A program made the translations under genes and the position numbers. A stretch of DNA of 64,000 bases from Eledone cirrhosa (taxonomy: Eukaryota): positions 247,132,001 to 247,196,000 of the forward strand of contig OZ024740.1 in the NCBI GenBank assembly GCA_964016885.1, written 5' to 3'. This document shows, piece by piece, positions 11,501 to 26,660 of the stretch. Position 1 is the first letter of the stretch; the number at the start of each line of letters is the position of its first letter. The notes beneath the pieces are model-generated. The model did no database searches, was not told where the DNA came from, and saw only the letters and a program-made list of their open reading frames with translations.

Positions 11501-14229
11501 ATACCCCTACGTCCAGATCTACACTATACTCCTACGTCCAGATCTACAGTATACCCCTACGTCAGATCTACAGTATACCCCTACGCCCAGATCTACAGTA
11601 TACCCCTACGTCCAGATCTACACTATACTCCTACGTCCAGATCTACAGTATACCCCTACGTCAGATCTACAGTATACCCCTACGCCAGATCTACAGTATA
11701 CTCCTACGCCCAGATTTACACTATACTCCTACGTCCAGATCTACAGTATACTCCTACGCCAGATCTACAGTATACTCCTACGTCCAGATCTACACTATAC
11801 TCCTACGTCCAGATCTACAGTATACTCCTACGCCAGATCTACAGTATACTCCTACTCCCAGATCTACACTATACTCCTACGTCCAGATCTACAGTATACC
11901 CCTACGTCCAGATCTACACTATACTCCTACGTCCAGATCTACAGTATACTCCTACGCCCAGATCTACAGTATACTCCTACGCCCAGATCTACAGTATACC
12001 CCTACGTCCCGATCTACAGTATACCCCTACGTCCCGATCTACAGTATACCCCTACGTCCAGATCTACAGTATACCCCTACGCCCAGATCTACAGTATACC
12101 CCTACGTCCAGATCTACAGTATACCCCTACGTCCAGATCTACAGTATACCCCTACGCCCTGGTCTAGACTATACCCCTACGTCAGATCAACACTATACTC
12201 CTACGTCCAGATCTACACTATACTCCTACGCCCAGATCTACACTATACCCCTACGCCCAGATCTACACTATACCCCTACGTCCAGATCTACAGTATACCC
12301 CTACGTCCAGATCTACACTATACTCCTACGTCCAGATCTACAGTATACCCCTACGTCCAGATCTACACTATACTCCTACGTCCAGATCTACAGTATACCC
12401 CTACGTCCAGATCTACACTATACTCCTACGTCCAGATCTACAGTATACCCCTACGTCCAGATCTACACTATACTCCTACGTCCAGATCTACAGTATACCC
12501 CTACGTCCAGATCTACAGTATACTCCTACGCCCAGATCTACAGTATACCCCTACGTCCAGATCTACACTATACTCCTACGTCCAGATCTACAGTATACCC
12601 CTACGTCCAGATCTACACTATACTCCTACGTCCAGATCTACAGTATACTCCTACGTCAGATCTACACTATACTCCTACGTCAGATCTACAGTATACCCCT
12701 ACGTCCAGATCTACAGTATACTCCTACGTCCAGATCTACACTATACCCCTACGTCCAGATCTACAGTATACTCCTACGTCAGATCTACAGTATACCCCTA
12801 CGTCCAGATCTACAGTATACTCCTACGTCCAGATCTACAGTATACTCCTACGTCCAGATCTACAGTATACTCCTACGTCAGATCTACAGTATACTCCTAC
12901 GTCCAGATCTACACTATACCCCTACGCCAGATCTACAGTATACTCCTACGCCCAGATCTACACTATACTCCTACGCCAGATCTACAGTATACCCCTACGT
13001 CCAGATCTACAGTATACCCCTACGTCCAGATCTACACTATACTCCTACGCCCAGATCTACAGTATACTCCTACGCCCAGATCTACACTATACCCCTACGC
13101 CAGATCTACAGTATACTCCTACGCCCAGATCTACAGTATACCCCTACGTCCAGATCTACACTATACCCCTACGCCAGATCTACAGTATACTCCTACGCCC
13201 AGATCTACAGTATACTCCTACGCCCAGATCTACACTATACTCCTACGCCCAGATCTACAGTATACTCCTACGCCCAGATCTACAGTATACCCCTACGTCC
13301 AGATCTACACTATACTCCTACGCCCAGATCTACAGTATACCCCTACGTCCAGATCTACAGTATACCCCTACGTCCAGATCTACAGTATACTCCCACGTCC
13401 AGATCTACAGTATACTCCTACGTCCAGATCTACAGTATACTCCTACGTCCAGATGACAGTATACCCCTACGTCCAGATCTACAGTATACCCCTACGTCCA
13501 GATCTACACTATACCCCTACGTCCAGATCTACACTATACTCCTACGCCCAGATCTACAGTATACCCCTACGTCCAGATCTACAGTATACCCCTACGTCCA
13601 GATCTACAGTATACTCCCACGTCCAGATCTACAGTATACTCCTACGTCCAGATCTACAGTATACTCCTACGTCCAGATGACAGTATACCCCTACGTCCAG
13701 ATCTACAGTATACCCCTACGTCCAGACCTATTCTATACCCCTACGCCCAGATCTACACTATACCCCTACGTCCAGATCTACACTATACCCCTACGTCCAG
13801 ATCTACAGTATACCCCTACGCCCAGATCTACACTATACCCCTACATCCAGATCTACAGTATACCCCTACGCCCAGATCTACAGTATACCCCTACGTCCAG
13901 ATCTACACTATACCCCTACGTCCAGATCTACAGTATACCCCTACGCCCAGATCTACAGTATACCCCTACGCCCAGATCTACACTCTACCCCTACATCCAG
14001 ATCTACACTATACCCCTACGTCCAGATCTACAGTATACCCCTACGTCCAGATCTACAGTATACTCCTACGTCCAGATCTACAGTATACTCCTACGCCAGA
14101 TCTACACTATACTCCTACGTCCAGATGTACTGTGTACTCCTACGTCCAGATCTACAGTATACCCCTACGTCCAGATCTACAGTATACCCCTACGTCCAGA
14201 TCTACAGTATACCCCTACGTCCCGATCAA
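8510..14229. repeat. Tandem satellite, 25-bp unit TATACYCCTACGYCCAGATCTACAS, about 229 copies
   Basis: Continuous array with three dimorphic positions and occasional 24-bp units. Confidence 0.98.
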
Positions 14230-14377
14230 CTACATTAACAACTGTTATAGTAACAATGATAAAATCATCATCATCATCAACATTATCATCATCATCATCA
14301 TCATCATCATCATCGTCATCATCGTCACCATCGTCGTCGTCGACTTCTTTGTCGACTTCCTTTTTACTTCCGTTAAT

Positions 14378-14473
14378 GATTTCTCATTTAGGCACCTGAC
14401 CAACAATTTGGGAGGGTAGAAAGTAGATTAAATCAACCGCAGCTCATTACTGGTACTTTATTTTATCGATCCC
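14378..14473 (-). mobile_element. tRNA-derived SINE, diverged 3' fragment
   Basis: Contains CATTACTGGTACTTTATTTTATCGATCCC, shared with the other SINE copies. Confidence 0.7.
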
Positions 14474-15424
14474 TATATATGAAGTACCTTACTTTAATTA
14501 TTGTTCTTTTTCCGCTTTTTAACTCCTTTTGGCGGGGGGTGATCAAAGACGGAAGGTGGTGAGATTGTTGTGAAGTACCCTGATCCACCTGAAATGGTAG
14601 CTTCTTAGGCCTGTATGGCAGCAGATGTGGGTGTGTATGGGATTGCCCTAATTTGATTTGTTTCTATGTATCACCCTCGTTTACTCACACACACACACAC
14701 ACACCAACACACACACACACACACACACACACACCAACACACACCAACACACACACACACACACACGCACACGCACACACACACACACACACACACAAAT
14801 ATATATATACATATGTGTGTGTGTGTGCGTCACTACGACCCAATCTGGCGTTTTCAACCGATATATACTGGAGTCGTACAGTGAGATACACCAACTCACA
14901 CGGACATTGATATCATTATCAAAGAACACTAGTTAAATAAATGTATATCAATCGATGCACCAGTCCTTAGTAACGGCAATACGAATCTCAAAGAAATGAA
15001 GAAATTATTCTTGATTCGACGTACCTCCTGGCATTTTGAAATCGATTTTAAATTGCCCCACCCTAGGTGTAACCTGAACATAATTTAATTTTACCGCTTA
15101 TGATTTCAAATTACTCCTTCAAATCATTTACCAGTGTCATTCGACTCTTCAGACAAAAATAAGGATTATGAATATGATTATTGACAGAAACAGAACTAAA
15201 AGAAACAACAATTTACTCATTTTAAAGAAAGATTTTTTTTCTTCCATATTTCTGATATTCAAAAACATAATGATTCAAAGAGCGTTAGATATAAAAATAA
15301 TGTATAATAAATATGTTGGAGGGGGGGAAAAAAGATCTAACATTAAAAAAATTTGTTTACACATTGTGAGACTAGATATAATCTTACATGTTTCGATTTT
15401 CGAGCAATTGTAATTAATTATAGC

Positions 15425-15570
15425 TAAGCCGGCAGATTGGCAAAGTCATTAAAACGTCGACCAAAACACTTTGCAGCATTCGTTTCGGTTCTCTGTGCCC
15501 CGAGTTCTATTTTGCTTTTCATTTTATCGGGGGTCATAAATAGGTGCCAGTGTAGTACTGGGAACAATTC
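15425..15570 (+). mobile_element. tRNA-derived SINE, old diverged copy
   Basis: GATTGGCAAAGTC head, GAGTTC box, GGGGGTCATAAATAGGTGCCAGTG core remnant. Confidence 0.55.
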
Positions 15571-16397
15571 TTCCTCTAATTCTCTTTCTTAATTTCTGTC
15601 TATTATCCTTTCTCTCCTTTTCTAAATAAAATTGGCTCTCTTCAGACTTGGAAGGAAATGGGCCCCACCAAGTTCAAAATGCCCAAGAAACGTCCTAAGT
15701 CACTACGACACCCCTACTACTCCACTAGGAGTTACAGGTCTATATATACATGCATCTTGTTTCTGTCTTTCCACAACAAAAGGGAAGTTTTGCATCATCG
15801 TAAAACCTTCATGTCCACCCAACACACCTCAGCACCCTGCATTCACTCTCATCACCACACATCTTGCCGTTATACTTCCCCTCCCCACACAACATCTCAC
15901 CGGTCTACATTTATCCCCTCTCCCCATCACACTTCACTGTCGTACATTCACCACTATCTTGACACACCGTCTTACATCACCCCGTCACACCTAATGTCCT
16001 ATATTTGCACCACTCCTACTTCATCCGTCGTCCCCTTTCACACTCTACCAGATACAAATCAATTAAACCTGTCAAATATATGAATGTGAAGGTCAGATTC
16101 ATTCCTCTAACAAATAAGCCCCTGGTGATGCTGGTGGTAGTTGTGTTGGCAGTGGGAGTAATGGCTTTTTGTTACGAGGGAGCGATGGAGATGATCGTGA
16201 TGCTGATATTGATTGCGTCTTTGTTGCTGATTTTATTGTTGATAATATTAGTGATGTTGTTGTTGGCGGTGGTTATGATGGTGATGGTGATGGGGATAAT
16301 GACATGTTGCTGCTGATACTAGTGCTGGTACTACGCAATATATACTTTAAATATATTTACACATATACACACACACACTCATATACATATATATATT

Positions 16398-16435
<38 letters not shown>

Positions 16436-16667
16436 TATATATATATATTTATATATATATATATGTGTGTGGGTGTATAAATACACACACACACACACAT
16501 ATTTTAATTTTAAATCTTTAGTCTTTAACTCCTATTAATTATTTTTAATTTTTATTTCAATACTCAACATTTGATAAGATGAATTTTAATAATAAATCGA
16601 AACCGGTAATACTTTATAAAACCCTTTTTTTAAAAAGAATTGTTCCTCTCATTTTTTCAATAATTGT

Positions 16668-16850
16668 ATCTACTTTTGGCACAAAGCCAGCAATTACCCA
16701 GTACATTACTGGTACTTTATTTTATCGATCCCGTAAGGATGAAAGGCAAAGTTAACCTCGGCGAGATTTGAACTCAGAATGGCAAGGGCGGTAACTCTAT
16801 GCGTCAACGCATGGCGTCCAAACCTCTACCGATACTGCCAATTCACCGCC
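16668..16850 (-). mobile_element. tRNA-derived SINE (full length)
   Basis: Reverse complement has A box TGGCAGTATCGG, B box GAGTTCAAATC, core GCCTTTCATCCTTACGGGATCGATAAAATAAAGTACCAG. Confidence 0.88.
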
Positions 16851-16907
16851 CTGGTGTCTCATTTTTTCAATAATGTTATCTATTCAATAATGTCACTTTG
16901 ACGATGG

Positions 16908-17920
16908 TTTTGTCTTAGTAACTTTGTGGTTCAATGCATGGGGATGCAGAACAATAATATGAGAGACGTAAAATAAGAAAATTATAAAATTAACTTACTT
17001 ACTAAAATTTCACTCAAACTAATTAGTTTCTGAAAGGGAATAAACATACTTTCCGAAGAAGCGTACGGAGAAGCCTTTCGTCATCAGGGAAGTCTATTCT
17101 CAGCTAAGTTTCCAGGCAATACGTGGACACAGGGAACTTATACAAAAATAATTCAGTGGATGGAAAAAAGCAAAGCGTGGACTAAATTCCAAGCCATTGA
17201 GAAAATCACTGCCTCTGCGTCGGTGGCAAATTCAAAAGAATCAATCACGTCACATCGAGGTCAATCAGTGGAGAGTGGTTTGTTAAGAAGACAGCAGCCG
17301 GACTGTTACTACATAAGCAGTTTTGGCCAATTTTTGCTCGACAAATAATTTGGAGATAATTATAAAGAATTAATATATCTAGTAACATATATATACACAG
17401 ATGCATACTTATGCTAGCAAATATATAGGTTTTGTCTTAGTAACTTTGTGGTTCAATGCATGGGGATGCAGAACAATAATATGAGAGACGTAAAATAAGA
17501 AAATTATAAAATTAACTTACTTACTAAAATGTGATTTATTCTTTTGAATTTGCGACCGACGCACTAGGCAGTGATTTTCTCAATGGCTTGGAATTTAGTC
17601 CACGCTTTGCTTTTTTCCATCCACTGAATTATTTTTGTATAAGTTCCCTATGTCCACGTATTGCCTGGAAACTTAGCTGAGAATAGACTTCCCTGATGAC
17701 GAAAGGCTTCTCCGTACGCTTCTTCGGAAAGTATGTTTATTCCCTTTCAGAAACTAATTAGTTTGAGTGAAATTTTAGTAAGTAAGTTAATTTTATAATT
17801 TTCTTATTTTACGTCTCTCATATTATTGTTCTGCATCCCCATGCATTGAACCACAAAGTTACTAAGACAAAACCTATATATTTGCTAGCATAAGTATGCA
17901 TCTGTGTATATATATGTTGC
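16908..17920. mobile_element. Non-coding element with nested inverted and direct duplications (pLTR-like) carrying a hammerhead-like motif
   Basis: 16908-17248 is the reverse complement of about 17531-17872; about 17385-17530 is inverted relative to about 17772-17918; hammerhead-like motif at 17686-17770 (+) and its mirror at about 17011-17095 (-). Confidence 0.7.
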
Positions 17921-18045
17921 TATTCTGAGTTCAAATCCCGCCGAGGTTAACTTTGCCTTTCATCCTTACGGGGTCGATAAAATAAAGTACCAGTAATGCA
18001 CTGTGTAATTGCTGGTCTTGTGCCTAAAGTAGAAACAATTATTAC
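17920..18045 (+). mobile_element. tRNA-derived SINE, 5'-truncated
   Basis: B box, conserved core and AGAAACAATTATT end. Confidence 0.88.
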
Positions 18046-18411
18046 TATATATATATATATATATATATACGGGGTAAAAAATAATAGTTATATGCAGTCC
18101 ACTTAGGTGTAGTCCAGTTATGGTACTCCGGGTAGTGGATGATATCAACGCTTGGCTAAGTTTGACTCAACAAGGCGTTTCCATAGTGATGCTGCGAGTA
18201 CGCTGTAATTCCTATGTTGTAAACACTTGGAGTAATAATAAATCAGGAAAGAAGAGTGACACGGTTTGCTATACAAAAAAGGTTTTTAATCTCATTGCTG
18301 ACAATTGTTTCCCTGAACTGGTAATTCTAGAGATCACTATCCGCTTATTTTCGCGTTACTCGATCGCCAATATATTCATGCCTGTATATTCATGCCTGTA
18401 TATTCTCTTCA

Positions 18412-18533
18412 TTCTCGCAAGCTCCGATGAACTGATTGGTTATAATTTTGTATTGGCGATCGAGTAACGCGAAAATAAGCGGATAGCGATCTCTTGACCT
18501 ACCAGTTCAGAGAAACAATTGTCAGCAATGAGA
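18412..18533 (+). ncRNA. Type I hammerhead-like motif, U4C core, long stem II
   Basis: GCT-CCGATGA(18424)-stem II CTGATTGGT/ACCAGTTCAG-GAAA(18512)-palindromic ACAATTGT-C(18523)-AGC; embedded in inverted repeat 18239-18584. Confidence 0.6.
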
Positions 18534-18664
18534 TTAAAAACATTTTTTGTATAGCAAACCGTGTCACTCTTCTTTCCTGATTTATATATATATATATATA
18601 TATATGCAGAAGAAAACAGGTGAGAGAGCCAATGTCAGCACTCGATGCAGAGCAGAGTATATAT

Positions 18665-18857
18665 AATTGTTTCTACTTTTGGCACAAGGCCAGCAATTAT
18701 CCCAGTACATTACTGGTACTTTATTTTAACGACCGCCGTAAGGATGAAAGGCAAAGTTAACCTCAGCAGGATTTGAACTCAGATCAGAAAGTGGCGTAAC
18801 TGTGTGCTGCAAAGCATGTTGTCCAACCCTCTACTGATACTGCCAAACCACCACCCT
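18665..18857 (-). mobile_element. tRNA-derived SINE (full length)
   Basis: Same family as 16668-16850. Confidence 0.88.
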
Positions 18858-19454
18858 CTATAGTATATACAATAAGAACAAAATAGAGGAAATGTATTGT
18901 TCGATTCTGGTTACAAATGGTTCTCAAGCAGCCGGCTTATGATCTGGGTTGGCACCCGAGATCAGACTCCAAGTTTTCATTAGCCCTCCATCAGGACAGT
19001 ATATTCCTGCCAAACTGTTGAAAATATATAGTATTTTCTTAAGTACACAACGGCTGAGTAGCCTTATCAGCATACCGAGCGAGTTACGGCTGGCCTTGTC
19101 GAAAAAAAGGAAAGAATGTGTAGATTGTTCTCAGAGTATATGAAGAGACGTGTATTGGTTAAGTGTGTGTGAATGTGTAGATATAAATGTGTGTGAAATT
19201 TGAGCGTGTGTGAGAGAGTGTGTATGAAGTTACTATTGTTTGTTAGTTTATAGGTGTGTAAGTATGTGTTGCCAAGTGCTTATGTGAATGATGTTCATGT
19301 ATGTGAGTATGTATGTTTCTTTAGATGTTTGTGTGTGTGTGTGTGTTAAGTTGGTCCGAAGACCGAAAGCAGAACCTTGTGAAGGGCAGCTAGTCAGGAG
19401 GTCAAGGCGGAAGTGAGGTGTGGCGCACGCAGAACGGTAGTGGAGGGGGGTATT

Positions 19455-20611
19455 GGTGGTGGGCTGGGCATGCCGTGGCTGATGATGCGCAGACACGCGC
19501 TCAGGCTAAGACATCTCCACCTCTTCCTCGACGGTGATCAGGTGTGGTCGCCGTTTGCTAGACGCGTCTTTCCCCAGCTCGTCTCCTTGACGGAGCTGCA
19601 GTCCTGGGTCAAGCGAAGGCCGAGAGGGAGCGCTTGGAGACTGAAATGTCTTCAGGCGCACACAGCCCTCGACCAATCGGGCAATGTGATCGCTGGACAC
19701 TCCACCTTGGCGTTCTATAGAGGATTAGTGGAGGGGAAGAGCGACGACGTACTTGGGGAAACTCTAGACGTCGACGAAAATCAACTAGCCAATGTCTTCG
19801 GAAGAACTTTCGGGCCGGGGCCTATGGACAACTTCCAGAAATCCCTGGCCTGGCAGTGCTACCGAGGAGCTTTGCCAGTTCGGGATAAACACTACAGGCA
19901 TGGAGGTGCCGTCAGCCAGGCATGTCCGAGATGCGCGCAGGGCGACAAAATCTTCCTGCACGCACTCGTCCAGTGTCCGAGCATTGCTGACTTCTGGGTT
20001 TATGTCAAACACCTGCTTTTACGTGTAGGGCGGATCCAGCTATCAGCCGAGTCCATCGTGAGGATTGCCCCGCCGTCTTCCTTTAGCCGGGAAGGGCAGG
20101 CAGTTTTTGTCTGTCTGGTGGTCATGGCGAAAGAAATAGTATGGTGGACACGTTTGAAAGGGCTGAAGACGAGCACTTACCCCTTCGGTGATGCTCTGAT
20201 TAACTTTTTTAAATTTCATTTGAAAAGGAAAATCAGGGTAGAGAGGGAAGTGCTCTCTTCCCAGCATTTTGTTTAAAGATGGGTGAGAGAAGCAAGTATG
20301 GCACGAGTGAATGGGCCTACTCTGAGTATGTGTTTGTAAATTAAAGGTGGAAAACTGGGAGAGGGCACTTGCCCTGGTGGTTAGGGTCACTGTGGCCTTT
20401 TAATGGGCTTTCTCCACAAATGTCCCTCGGAAGTCTCCCCCCTATTGGGGAATTTTTCATTGTTACTTTTTTGTTACATCCTCTGTTTTTGTATTTTTAC
20501 ACGCAGAAATGCCCATTTGTACCGTCCTGTATTGTCCTGTACTGTCCTTAATGTCTACTTTATGTAAACTCTTGTGGTTAATAAAAAAGCATTATTATTA
20601 TTATTATTATT
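19455..20611 (+). mobile_element. 5'-truncated Tx1 LINE
   Basis: GGLGMPWLMMRRHALRLRHL...CPRC...WWTRLKGLK homologous to ORF2; premature stop at 20276; 3'UTR and (ATT)n. Confidence 0.93.
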
Positions 20612-24175
<3,564 letters not shown>

Positions 24176-24177
<2 letters not shown>

Positions 24178-24344
24178 GGTTGTAATAAAATGAAAACGAA
24201 ATTTCATTTCTCACTCTTAGTACGGCACTTACTTAAATGTAAGTATGTATGTATACGTACATACATATATGTATACAGCGTATATGGCGTTATAATAAGC
24301 GTCCGCTAAATTGATACGTACATATATGTATGTGTACCTGTATG

Positions 24345-24399
<55 letters not shown>

Positions 24400-24805
24400 G
24401 CATGCTACTGTACGTCTGTATACATATATGTATGTACGTATACATACATACTTACATTTAAGTAAGTGCCGTACTAAGAGTGAGAAATGAAATTTCGTTT
24501 TCATGTTATTACAACTTATCGTTCTCGGTACGCCTGACCGAACTCACTCGATATGCAAATTAGGCTGCTCAGCCGTTAATTTTCATAAGGAAAGTATATA
24601 CTTTCGAACGTTCAACCATCTGGCAGAAGGGTACACGGTGCTGATGATAGCTAACAAGCTTGAAACTAGTACATCGTTCCTGTGTCAGTGTTGAACAAAA
24701 AGGTGACGTGGTTGCCTTAACACCGTACGGCATAAATTCAGGCTGTTCAGTTTGATTACAAACGAACAAAGCGGGCGTTATAATAAGCGTCCGCTAAACT
24801 GATAC

Positions 24806-24810
<5 letters not shown>
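24176..24810 (+). mobile_element. Non-coding hammerhead element with terminal direct repeat and inverted 5' extension
   Basis: Inverted repeat 24178-24279 vs about 24416-24517; direct repeat GGCGTTATAATAAGCGTCCGCTAAA at about 24287 and 24774; hammerhead at 24636-24676. Confidence 0.75.
24620..24688 (+). ncRNA. Type I hammerhead ribozyme
   Basis: Stem I CGGTG/CATCG, extended by CTGGCA/TGTCAG; CTGATGA 24641-24647; stem II AGCT-AACA-AGCT; GAAA 24662; palindromic ACTAGT; GUA cleavage after 24671. Confidence 0.85.
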
Positions 24811-24868
<58 letters not shown>

Positions 24869-25123
24869 CCACTCTCAAGTGTTAACCTAATACCAACGCT
24901 GTTTGTAACTGCACTCCTTGTTTTTGTTTTGTTCTTTGCCAATATATACATAGAAAAATATAAATGCATATCTAATAATACACACACACATACATATGTA
25001 TACATGTATAAATACATACACATACACACACATACATATACACATAAACACATAGATACATACGTATATACACACACACACACATACATGTATATACACG
25101 CATACATACACTTACATAAATGT

Positions 25124-25225
<102 letters not shown>

Positions 25226-25342
25226 ACACTATTCATAGATACATATACACACATGCACATAAAGAAGAGTACGAAAGATAGAAGTAAAAAGGTTTGCAAG
25301 AGAACAATTATCTGAGTAACAATATAATAAATAATAAATAAG

Positions 25343-25512
25343 TGTTTCTACTTTAGGCACAAGGCCAGCAATTACCCAGTGCATTACTGGTACCTTATTT
25401 TATCGACCCCGTAAGGATGAAGTTAACCTCGCGGGATTTGAACACAGAATGGCAAGGGCCGTAACTCTATGTGTCAAAGCATGGCGTCCGACCCTCTACC
25501 GATACTGCCAAT
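25343..25512 (-). mobile_element. tRNA-derived SINE
   Basis: Family head, core and tail on the minus strand. Confidence 0.88.
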
Positions 25513-25716
25513 CAGTAAGTATAGCCCTAGTCAGGTTCTTTAATTCTATAAAAGAGTAATGTTTTATGTTGACAAGAAGTAATTACCTTATTTTTAGCAT
25601 TTAATAAGTTCAAATTGGAGGTCAGCATTTCAAACGCCTCCGTTAAGCAAAGATTACATTTAGATATATTTCCCGCATACGACCTAGCTGTATTAATTAG
25701 AGACCATTAATTAGAT

Positions 25717-25905
25717 TGGCGGTGGATTGGCAGTATCGGTAGAGGGTCGGACGCCATGCTTTGACGCATAGAGTTACGGCCCTTGCCATTCTGAGTTCAA
25801 ATCCCACCGAGGTTAACTTTGTCTTTCATCCTTACGGGGTCGATAAAATAAAGTACCAGTAATGCACTGGGTAATTGCTGGCCTTGTGCCAAAAATAGAA
25901 ACAAT
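25717..25905 (+). mobile_element. tRNA-derived SINE with 17-bp target-site duplication
   Basis: Full copy flanked by ATTAATTAGAGACCATT at 25692-25708 and 25904-25920. Confidence 0.92.
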
Positions 25906-26444
25906 TAATTAGAGACCATTTAATATATCTCACCTTACCTTCTTTAAGGAAAAGAGCAAAAACAAATTTTGTTGTTTCAATTCTCGCCAAAGCCGGCCGT
26001 AAATTCGCTCGGTACGCAAATGAGGCTAATCAGCCGGTGTATACTTGTGTATACTGTGTATTCTCAGTGGTTCCAGTGGGTAACAGCGAGCAGAATATAC
26101 AATCTTGTCAATTATCGATTGTTTTCTCTCAGCTACCGCTGGAAAAAAAGAATGATGTTGTCCTCTAACACACAGTATTTATGAGGATGTTTGATTGTAA
26201 ACAATCCGAATATTAATAATGTTATGATATTATTATGATATTATAATAATATTATTATTATTCACTCACGAATACATTTGGGGATCCACCATGTTAAAAG
26301 CGAAAACATTTTCATTTTCTTTAATTTTCGGCAAACCCTGCCGTAAAATCATTCGATATGAAAATGAAGCTAATCAGCCTATGTATACGTTTGAGAATAT
26401 TATGTATTCTTAGCTGTTCCAGCGGGTAACAGCGAGCAGGATAC

Positions 26445-26496
26445 ACAATCTTGAAAAGAGCAAAACACTCCGAAACAATTGTCAATTGTCGATTGT
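26445..26496 (+). ncRNA. Type I hammerhead variant with U3-A8 core
   Basis: Stem I ACAATC/GATTGT; core TTGAAAA; stem II GAG-CAAAACA-CTC; GAAA 26472; stem III ACAATT-GTC-AATTGT; GUC cleavage after 26490. Confidence 0.62.
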
Positions 26497-26660
26497 ATAT
26501 ATATATATATATATATGTATAATAATATTGTTTATAGTTATGTATACAACTATAAACAGGAAAGGTCAGTAATTTATTACTACCTTATTACCAGAGAGAA
26601 AAATAGCTCAATGTAAATACATGAGATGTTTTACAGAGTCGGAATATAAAGGCATTAATT

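Noticed and set aside
8358-12167. 1269-aa ORF (and ORFs 13453-14399)
   Set aside because: The 25-bp unit has no stop codon in any plus-strand frame, and 24-bp units shift frame freely; this is a satellite artefact.
8510-14229. CRISPR-like or telomeric array
   Set aside because: No unique spacers, no cas genes, no TTAGGG; units are contiguous.
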